Below are positions 57,368-64,000 of a DNA stretch of 64,000 nt, piece by piece. Numbering within the stretch: the stretch's first letter is position 1; every line of letters begins with the position of its first letter. This stretch comes from a bacterium. GTDB lineage: Bacteria > Patescibacteriota > Patescibacteriia > UBA10025. The stretch covers positions 235,527-299,526 of the forward strand of contig JAKAGM010000001.1 of NCBI GenBank assembly GCA_021815445.1. The letters run 5' to 3'. Below the pieces are notes generated by a model. The model did no database searches and was not told where the DNA came from. It worked only from the letters and a program-made list of their open reading frames with translations. The position numbers and the translations under genes were made by a program.

Positions 57368-57844
57368 TTACCTCTGGTCTGGCTCTGCTCGTTTGCGGGG
57401 CGAATACAGCAACCAAAGTCCGACTCCTACCAAAAGCAGAGGCCACAAGCTTAGCTGGCTGAAAGTAGATAAAAAGATTATGGCTGAAGTGAATGTAAAT
57501 ATCCATGCTGGGATGAGCAAACCGGTAATTTTTTTGCCAATAAAATAGGTAACGAAAAAGCCGATTGCGATAAAGAATGTATATACAAACGACGTTTCAT
57601 TGGCATAACGCCAACTAACAAGCACCATCGCAAAGAAGTAAAGGCCTAATAGCAGAAAGAATGTCGCTGGGAGCAGAAATCCCCATGCGCCTTTAGATTT
57701 CCATAAAGAAACGAAAAAAAGTCCGAGGATAATGAAAATAATCGGCCAAAGATCAATATGTATCCTGAATCCAATCTGGTTAAGGAGAAGCAATGCACCG
57801 ATCAGGATTATGAAAAGACCGGCAAGGTTTCTGTTTGAAGTCAT
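57368..57844 (-). CDS. Small polytopic membrane protein (about 5 TM helices)
   Basis: 158 aa, strongly hydrophobic. It lies 15 nt downstream of the ATPase gene. Confidence 0.45.
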   Translation of the reverse strand: MTSNRNLAGLFIILIGALLLLNQIGFRIHIDLWPIIFIILGLFFVSLWKSKGAWGFLLPATFFLLLGLYFFAMVLVSWRYANETSFVYTFFIAIGFFVTYFIGKKITGLLIPAWIFTFTSAIIFLSTFSQLSLWPLLLVGVGLWLLYSPRKRAEPDQR

Positions 57845-57859
57845 AAAAATTTCAAGATA

Positions 57860-59524
57860 CTAAGAATTATTAGGCCGTTCAACCCTCCCTTGAAAAAGAG
57901 GTTTAGTAGGAGGCTGCGGAGGCAAATTCTGATGGCGTTCTTTTTTACCAGGATCAGTCTGTGCGTGCCGTTGATGAAATGGGGTCGGTTTTCTCGCAAG
58001 AGCTTCCTTGAGAGAAATAGCCGGCTCTGTCGGCTTAACCTCTACAGGAGCTGCGTGAAACGACTGTGGAGAACGCTGCGGGGGCTTTGCAGGCCGCTGA
58101 TGCTCATCATGACGCGGGGTTTGCTCGTTCTGCCCCCGTGGTGGAAACCGATGAATATTCTTCTTTCCCGACGGTGAATAGGCCGTCTCAATATCTCTTG
58201 AAGCGATATTTTCCTCTTCGGCGGTAGCACGGTACACTTCATCCACCCCGCTCCAGCGTAAAATCTTTTCTTCTACTACACTCCTTGGCTTACCATAACG
58301 TTCACGAGAAACCTGAACCACTTTTTCACGGTTGCTCGTTTTTCCGGAAAGCGGGGGCAATGTGGTTGCAGAAAAAGGTTCCGAAGCAACCCCATCAATC
58401 ATCAATTTCATATACACGTTATACTTCGTGAGATTAAGCAGATCTTCCTCCACAAATGTAGGAAAGAACTCTTTTGCCAAAAACTCAGCATCGGCTGCCC
58501 CAATTCTAAAGCACATAATAGTGCCTACATTGCCGAAAACCGCTGGACGAACTTCTTCACTGAGTTGCTCGATATACTGATGCGCAAGTATCAAGTCCAG
58601 ACGGTATTTTCTCGCTTCAGATAATATATTTGCAAAGCTTTCAGTGGCAAAATTTTGAAACTCATCAACATAAAGAAAGAAATCTTTCCGCTCCTCTTCA
58701 GGAATGTCGACACGACTCATCGCGGCAAGCTGTAGGCGGGTAACCATCATGGCTCCCAAAAGGGATGAACTGTCCTCCCCGATTCTGCCCTTCGCCAGAT
58801 TGAGCAAAACAATTTTCTCGTTGTCCATCAGACTGCGGAGGTCTATAGTGCTGTTCGGCTGGCCTACGATATTGCGTATCAGCGCGCTCGAAAGAAACTG
58901 GCCTACTTTGTTTTGGATTGGCGCTATTGCTTCATTTCTGAACTTATCATTATACGCTTCATACTCGTCCATCCAAAATCCCTTAACGATGGGGTCAGTT
59001 ACTTTATCGATAACCTTGCGGCGATATTTCTTATCCACTAGGATACGCGCGACACCAAGCATTGTAGAGCCCGGATATTCAAGAAGTGCAAGTATGCAGT
59101 TATTTAGAATGTACTCCATGCGTGCGCTCCATACTCCCTCCCAAATTTTTGTGAATACTCCCATGAGGCCCGATGCTACGAGATGCCGTTGCGTCGCGTC
59201 CACACTTTCCAAAACATTAAATCCGATAGGATATTCCACATCCGCCGGGTTGAAGTAGACAACGTCATTAATGCGGTAGGACGGAATGTACTCGACAATC
59301 TTTTCGACAAGATCTCCATGGGGATCGACCACGGCCAGACCGCGTCCCGCACGAATATCAGCGATGATCATATTTTCCAGAACTGTGGTTTTTCCCATGC
59401 CGGTCTTTCCTATTAAATACATATGCCTTCGTCTATCGTCAATTTTTATGCCAAAACGCCGCTCCTGATTACGGTAGTTTGTCATTCCAACCAAAGTTAT
59501 TTGGTTTGTAGCGTCGTCTGCCAT
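57860..59524 (-). CDS. FtsK/HerA/TrwB-superfamily P-loop ATPase of the VirD4/TraD (type IV coupling protein)-like type. It has no TM segment and carries a long Pro/Gln/Arg-rich C-terminal tail.
   Basis: Walker A YLIGKTGMGKTT, Walker B DFFLYVDEFQNF, and LILAHQYIEQL. The last ~130 aa are low-complexity. Confidence 0.55.
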   Translation of the reverse strand: MADDATNQITLVGMTNYRNQERRFGIKIDDRRRHMYLIGKTGMGKTTVLENMIIADIRAGRGLAVVDPHGDLVEKIVEYIPSYRINDVVYFNPADVEYPIGFNVLESVDATQRHLVASGLMGVFTKIWEGVWSARMEYILNNCILALLEYPGSTMLGVARILVDKKYRRKVIDKVTDPIVKGFWMDEYEAYNDKFRNEAIAPIQNKVGQFLSSALIRNIVGQPNSTIDLRSLMDNEKIVLLNLAKGRIGEDSSSLLGAMMVTRLQLAAMSRVDIPEEERKDFFLYVDEFQNFATESFANILSEARKYRLDLILAHQYIEQLSEEVRPAVFGNVGTIMCFRIGAADAEFLAKEFFPTFVEEDLLNLTKYNVYMKLMIDGVASEPFSATTLPPLSGKTSNREKVVQVSRERYGKPRSVVEEKILRWSGVDEVYRATAEEENIASRDIETAYSPSGKKNIHRFPPRGQNEQTPRHDEHQRPAKPPQRSPQSFHAAPVEVKPTEPAISLKEALARKPTPFHQRHAQTDPGKKERHQNLPPQPPTKPLFQGRVERPNNS

Positions 59525-59527
59525 AGT

Positions 59528-60913
59528 TTAAACAACAGGTAAATTTGCCGGTGGGCCTCCTCTTTTCTCAGGAGGTACTTCGCGATCCTTTGGATGCTTT
59601 ACCGACGGATACAGCGTTTCTGTTGGAAGCTTTGACGGGGGTTCGCCTTTCTTTGTCTCAGCTTTTTGGATTTGGGGAGCTTTTACTGTGAGTACAGGGA
59701 AATGAAACAGACTGGCAAGCTCCTCAGTGTTCAGGACGTACCTATTTCTCCCCCTCTTGAGGCTCCGATATCTATACCCCCAAAGAATCCTGCGTTTTCT
59801 CCACAGGAGCCTTCGCCGAACATTGATGTAATGCACCTTCGTCCGGACTCTTTTGTCTATTTTGAACCCGTTGAGGTCAAGGGTATTGAACTGCATAATT
59901 GCCCCTGCCACAGCGTCGACACCCTTCGGGGAGTTGTAAACCTCTTTCTTTGCCGTGTAGATCATGCGAATCTTGGAGGTAAAAGCGATCTTCGATATTT
60001 TCAACCCCACTGACTCGACAACGGAGCGTTCGTCAGGTGATAAGTGCTGCATCAGGGAAGGCCATTCACGGTCTTTTGTTTTCTTTTCAGCCTCAGGGCT
60101 CGCCAGTATACCTGCGGTAAAAGACTCAGAGAGTCCTTTGGTAATCTCGCGGGGGAAATACATCCAATCCGACTTCTTTTCTTCGGACTTTTTTCCGATA
60201 AGTTTCCTTATTGCGTGCAAACCCCGTTCCCGCCACTCAGCGTTTGCAGGGGTGATAACTATTTGGAGCCAAAGTTGCTCTCCCGGACCAAATCGAGACA
60301 TTATTTCAAGAAGCGAAGCCATCGGATCAAGAAATGTCTGTGTCAGCGGATGTTCAAAAAAGGGATACGTTCTAATTGGGTAAATATCCTTTCGTAACAT
60401 CTTGAACTCCGTCCCATAAAGATTGTACTCAGTATTTTTAGGGTAGTCGAGAGGTTTTGGCACGCTATCAATATAATCCTCGACTTCGGTGATTTCTGAA
60501 TCCGGGTACTGAGCATATATCGCGGCCTCGACTAAATCACGGAAACGCACGGGAGTACGAATAAGAAATTGGACGTACCCCTCGATACTCACTATCTCAA
60601 GACTGAACGAAGGCTGTGAAAAACCTTCAATATAGCGCGCGTGGAGTGTCCCTTTTTTCTGTACGGCGCTGAGATGAGCGAAAATATGCTCAACAGCTTT
60701 TGGGCTTTGCTCATTATTCTTCGGCACATCAATCGCCAAAAGAGCATACTCGATTTTCGCGTCGTACATGTTGCGTATATATTCCAGCCAGCCCTGCCAT
60801 ATCCCATTGATGACGGTAATCACTAAAATAACCCATCCACCATGCTGGATGAGAAAAAGCATTGCCTGAAAAGGATTGTTAATATCAGCAAGCGCTGATA
60901 AATCAAAATTCAT
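59528..60913 (-). CDS. Hypothetical protein with one N-terminal TM helix and a basic Pro-rich C-terminal tail; partner of the ATPase
   Basis: 461 aa. The TM helix is WVILVITVINGIW. It lies 3 nt upstream of the ATPase gene. Confidence 0.5.
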   Translation of the reverse strand: MNFDLSALADINNPFQAMLFLIQHGGWVILVITVINGIWQGWLEYIRNMYDAKIEYALLAIDVPKNNEQSPKAVEHIFAHLSAVQKKGTLHARYIEGFSQPSFSLEIVSIEGYVQFLIRTPVRFRDLVEAAIYAQYPDSEITEVEDYIDSVPKPLDYPKNTEYNLYGTEFKMLRKDIYPIRTYPFFEHPLTQTFLDPMASLLEIMSRFGPGEQLWLQIVITPANAEWRERGLHAIRKLIGKKSEEKKSDWMYFPREITKGLSESFTAGILASPEAEKKTKDREWPSLMQHLSPDERSVVESVGLKISKIAFTSKIRMIYTAKKEVYNSPKGVDAVAGAIMQFNTLDLNGFKIDKRVRTKVHYINVRRRLLWRKRRILWGYRYRSLKRGRNRYVLNTEELASLFHFPVLTVKAPQIQKAETKKGEPPSKLPTETLYPSVKHPKDREVPPEKRGGPPANLPVV

Positions 60914-60937
60914 TTTTTAAAAAAAAGAACTATGCTC

Positions 60938-62065
60938 TTAGTGTGGCTGCGCGAGTATGTAGGTACCATCCTGTTGCTTGTGAAAACGGGACTTGTCGGT
61001 TAAAGCGAGATAGACGGTATTCTTTTTTACTACACGTTGCTTCAGCACCAGTTCGACAATCTCATGCCGGCTCAATGGTCTCTGTTCCTTTTGCAGAACA
61101 TCAACAATGACATCGGCAACAACGCCAGGTCTGTACCCCCATTCACGAAGAGCGTAGATGCCCCGTCCGATTAATACATACTGCTTATTGAGTATAAGCT
61201 CATTGTGGACAGTCGGCGGATAAGCTTTTCTATCATCAAATCCCATTTGATTAATAAGTTCAGTGATTTCAGAAAAATGCATTGGCTTTCCTCGTTTTTT
61301 GAGCACAAGGCTGATTTTATCGTTCATTCGCTTCGGGGTGATACTCCCCCAGTCTACCAGCCCGTACTCGTTGTAAGGGTTTTTGCCAATCTTTTTACTT
61401 ACCTCAATATATGAGCGGATAGCATCATCATTAAGCTGACTCTCGTGTTGTTGAAACAGCGTTCTTGATCTCGTCTGTGAAAGAAGCTCATGAAAAGACA
61501 TGGGCTTACCATTTTTTGTAATGATATCAAGCAGTTCCAATACCACAGTATCAAGAAGATAGAGAGTAAAAGACCGAAGCTGCCACGAAGGTCTATAAAC
61601 AGCTGACTCACGGATTCTCTTGAACTTAGGATCAAGAAGCTCCTGAAGAATAAAAACAACCGCGCGCCTGTTTTGCACCGTCTCACCTGCAGTTTGTAGA
61701 ATATGCCCGAGCAACGATTGTTCAGACATCACTCCTCCATACTGTTCAAGAACTGAAGTAATCGTGTCTTCAACGGGTTTGATAAGAGCTCCGAAATTCT
61801 TCAAATTTTTTATTTTTTTAATGGCGGTGCTTTCTATCTGTCGGATACGTTCACGCGTTACCTTGTAAGCGAAACCTATTTGCTCGAGGGTCTCACTATT
61901 TCCCCCATTAAGCCCGAACCTTCGACGCAAAACGTCCTCTTCTCGGTTTAGAAGATTTTTTAGCAACACCGAAACCGCGTCAGCAGGATGAAACTGCTCA
62001 ATTTCAAGGGTCTTTTTGCTCGAAATCACTTTATCGAGTATCGATGGAGAGTTATCGTCTGTCAT
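60938..62065 (-). CDS. Sigma-70 region 4 domain protein (no region 2) fused to an approximately 270-aa C-terminal helical domain
   Basis: LNREEDVLRRRFGLNGGNSETLEQIGFAYKVTRERIRQIESTAIKKIKN is a region-4-type HTH. The ATG is at 62065; the ORF track starts at TTG 62071. Confidence 0.55.
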   Translation of the reverse strand: MTDDNSPSILDKVISSKKTLEIEQFHPADAVSVLLKNLLNREEDVLRRRFGLNGGNSETLEQIGFAYKVTRERIRQIESTAIKKIKNLKNFGALIKPVEDTITSVLEQYGGVMSEQSLLGHILQTAGETVQNRRAVVFILQELLDPKFKRIRESAVYRPSWQLRSFTLYLLDTVVLELLDIITKNGKPMSFHELLSQTRSRTLFQQHESQLNDDAIRSYIEVSKKIGKNPYNEYGLVDWGSITPKRMNDKISLVLKKRGKPMHFSEITELINQMGFDDRKAYPPTVHNELILNKQYVLIGRGIYALREWGYRPGVVADVIVDVLQKEQRPLSRHEIVELVLKQRVVKKNTVYLALTDKSRFHKQQDGTYILAQPH

Positions 62066-62078
62066 ACTCAATGTGTTT

Positions 62079-62107
62079 AGTATAGCATAATGTCATACGT
62101 GTGTCAA
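62079..62107 (-). promoter_or_regulatory. Consensus promoter on the minus strand: TTGACA (62107-62102), 17 nt spacer, TATACT (62084-62079), then 13 nt to the ATG at 62065
   Basis: Read directly from the reverse complement. Confidence 0.6.
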
Positions 62108-62170
62108 GTTGTTTAACATAGACCTTATCATATTTGGCCTTATATGGCAAGTACCCATCTTCTGCATACC

Positions 62171-62192
62171 AAAAAATGGCCAATATTGGCCA
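62171..62192 (-). terminator. Perfect 16-bp palindrome TGGCCAATATTGGCCA (62177-62192) followed on the minus strand by TTTTTT; likely the secDF terminator
   Basis: Palindrome and T-run read directly, 25 nt after the secF stop. Confidence 0.5.
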
Positions 62193-62216
62193 TCGCTTCG
62201 TCTTTGCGACTAACTT

Positions 62217-63113
62217 CTACTTGCGCGACGTAAATTTCTCCCATGTCACAAGCAAAGGACTTGCGACAAAAATAGACGAATATGTCCCTACGGAAATACC
62301 GAGAATAAGCGCGAGCACGAAATTACGAATAGTGTCGCCACCAAAAAAGTATAAACTAATGAGAACCAGAAGAGTGATAAGGGATGTATTCAGGGATCTC
62401 ACGAGAGTCTGATTTATACTTTCATTCACTGTCATTTCATAAGTCTCCGCAGGATTTGTTCGAAGTCGTTCGCGAATTCTGTCAAATACAACGATAGTGT
62501 CATGTACAGAGAAACCGAGGGTTGTGAGCAGTGCGGTAACAAAAAGGGAATCTATCTCAAATTTGAAAAAATATCCCATGATGGCAAACGCACCGACGAC
62601 AAAAAGCACATCGTGAATAAGCGCGAGCACCGCCATAACACCATATGTCCATGGTCGAACTGGGCCGATCGAAACTTTGCGAAAAGCAAAGGATATATAC
62701 AAAATAATGAAAAAAAGCACCACAACCATTGCTGTAATCGATTTCTGGCGCAGTTCTTTCCCAACAGTAGGACCTATGGATTCAAAACTTACTTCATGGG
62801 CACCGCCAAAGTCACCAGATAGCTTTTCTACTACTTTTGCCTGATCAACTTCGCTGATGTCCTGTCCACGAATCACAATATCTTGTTTTTCGATCGGCTG
62901 GGCAAAGAAGTCGCCGCTAAGGATACCCTGTAAAGACTTTGTGACATCCTGAGCTGTCGGACGAATGCCGGTAAATCCTACCCTGAGAAGACTGCCACCC
63001 GTGAAATCTATGCCCGGCCTGAGACCGCCCATCATAAGCATAATAAATCCGGGAATAAGCGCAGCTAAGGAAATTCCGTACCACCACTTCCTTTTTTGTA
63101 TGATATTAAACAT
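62217..63113 (-). CDS. secF: Protein translocase subunit SecF
   Basis: ...GIDFTGGSLL... and the C-terminal TM bundle. Confidence 0.85.
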   Translation of the reverse strand: MFNIIQKRKWWYGISLAALIPGFIMLMMGGLRPGIDFTGGSLLRVGFTGIRPTAQDVTKSLQGILSGDFFAQPIEKQDIVIRGQDISEVDQAKVVEKLSGDFGGAHEVSFESIGPTVGKELRQKSITAMVVVLFFIILYISFAFRKVSIGPVRPWTYGVMAVLALIHDVLFVVGAFAIMGYFFKFEIDSLFVTALLTTLGFSVHDTIVVFDRIRERLRTNPAETYEMTVNESINQTLVRSLNTSLITLLVLISLYFFGGDTIRNFVLALILGISVGTYSSIFVASPLLVTWEKFTSRK

Positions 63114-64000
63114 TCTGTTGGTTCTTAACTATTTCACCCTTTTTCACTCCGACAAGCCAGGGACGGGATTCGAGCCATGAGCCGCCAAAGATGCGAAGAA
63201 AAGTCCGCGTGATGGTTATGGCGGAAAACATGCTGACAACAATGCCGATACCGAGGGTAATCGCGAAACCTTTCACAATACTCGTCCCCAACCAGCCCAG
63301 GATAAAAACAGTAATCAGGCTTGAAACATTGGAATCGCGTATCGAAAGCCATGCGCGTTTGAAGCCTTCCTCAATAGAAAAGTTCATCGGCTTGCCGAGG
63401 CGCAATTCTTCTTTCGTCCTTTCGAAAATAAGCACATTGGCGTCGACTGCCATCCCTATCGATAAAATGAAACCAGCCACGCCGGCGAGCGTCAGGGTAA
63501 CCGGCAGAAGCTTAAAAATCGCCAATACAAGCAGGGTATAAATAAGCAATGAACATACGGCAAGAACCCCGGGGAAACGGTAATAAATAATCATGAACAC
63601 CGAAACCAAGAGAACGCCGAGCAAACCCGCGAAAAGGCTCCTGTCGACTGATTCTTGGCCCAGCGTTGCGCCGACGGTTTGCTGGGAAACGAGGGTTATT
63701 GGAATCGGCAGCGCTCCGGCATTCAAACGCCGTACAAGCTGCTTTGCCTCGTCAAGAGTAAAATTGCCCTCAATACTTGCAAGCCCACCGGTAATTTTTT
63801 GTTGAACAACGGGCGTCGATATGGGAGATCCGTCAAGATAAATTGCTAAGGGCTTTCCGACATTGCGGCCAGTGATGTCCTCAAAAAGTTTTGCGCCTTC
63901 TGTATTAAACTGGAGCGAGACGTAGGGTTTGCCGGTATTTTTGTCGAAAGCAACGTCGGCACGCTTCAGTTGTTTACCCGTCAGTCCGGTCTGAATAAAT
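63106..64000 (-). CDS. secD: Protein translocase subunit SecD (C-terminal part; the gene continues past the window end)
   Basis: ...NVGKPLAIYLDGSPISTPVVQQKITGG... can be read upstream of the annotated M in the same frame with no stop before 64000. Confidence 0.8.
   Translation of the reverse strand, partial: FIQTGLTGKQLKRADVAFDKNTGKPYVSLQFNTEGAKLFEDITGRNVGKPLAIYLDGSPISTPVVQQKITGGLASIEGNFTLDEAKQLVRRLNAGALPIPITLVSQQTVGATLGQESVDRSLFAGLLGVLLVSVFMIIYYRFPGVLAVCSLLIYTLLVLAIFKLLPVTLTLAGVAGFILSIGMAVDANVLIFERTKEELRLGKPMNFSIEEGFKRAWLSIRDSNVSSLITVFILGWLGTSIVKGFAITLGIGIVVSMFSAITITRTFLRIFGGSWLESRPWLVGVKKGEIVKNQQNV

Noticed and set aside
58704-60397. Plus-strand ORFs 58704-59258, 59183-59416, 59666-60013, 59964-60383 and 60044-60397 antisense to the ATPase and its partner gene
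   Set aside because: The opposite strand carries clear Walker A/B motifs and a long uninterrupted ORF, so these are shadow ORFs.
62134-62412. Plus-strand ORF spanning the secF 3' end and the intergenic region
   Set aside because: It overlaps secF on the opposite strand and contains the palindromic terminator. It has no motif and a poor start context.
1-64000. CRISPR arrays, transposases or integrases, phage genes and rRNA
   Set aside because: No array of short direct repeats with unique spacers was seen. No DDE, tyrosine or serine recombinase-like ORFs and no rRNA-like conserved segments were seen. The glycine-codon run at 5821-5905 is coding low complexity.

Overview
This 64 kb window is bacterial and gene-dense, and about three-quarters of it is coded on the minus strand. 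The gene content suggests a small-genome, Patescibacteria/CPR-like bacterium. That is an inference from three observations: RpoA lacks its alpha-CTD, AlaRS and ProRS are trimmed, and several translation proteins carry lysine-rich tails. TGA is used as a stop codon. Most genes are core housekeeping. They include five aminoacyl-tRNA ligases (gltX, serS, lysS, proS, alaS), xseAB, dinB, ddl-ftsQ with alr, and greA. They also include mreBCD-mrdA, rseP, frr, holB, mnmA, secDF, and the infA-rpmJ-rpsM-rpsK-rpsD-rpoA-rplQ-rplM-rpsI ribosomal-protein string. Three accessory-like blocks stand out. The first is an orphan minor-pilin operon (8327-12843) that contains an 810-aa pilin-like adhesin. The second is an approximately 12 kb envelope-polysaccharide cluster (37681-49918) with seven glycosyltransferases, a Wzy-like protein, a flippase, a DUF4012 protein and an embedded second mreB paralog. 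The third, and the best candidate for an undescribed system, is a five-gene minus-strand operon (57368-62107). It runs from a consensus TTGACA-17-TATACT promoter with an almost leaderless start. It encodes a protein with only sigma-70 region 4, a single-TM partner protein, a TM-less VirD4/TrwB-like P-loop ATPase and a small polytopic membrane protein. No other type IV secretion genes are nearby. Other notable items are an apparently frameshifted rpmJ (L36) found by manual translation and a translin-family gene co-operonic with xseAB. Several promoters and terminators are readable, with a recurring TGnTATACT -10 element. A terminator hairpin shares bases with the -35 box of the downstream promoter ahead of a small ORF plus dinB. 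No rRNA, tRNA, CRISPR array or transposase was recognised.
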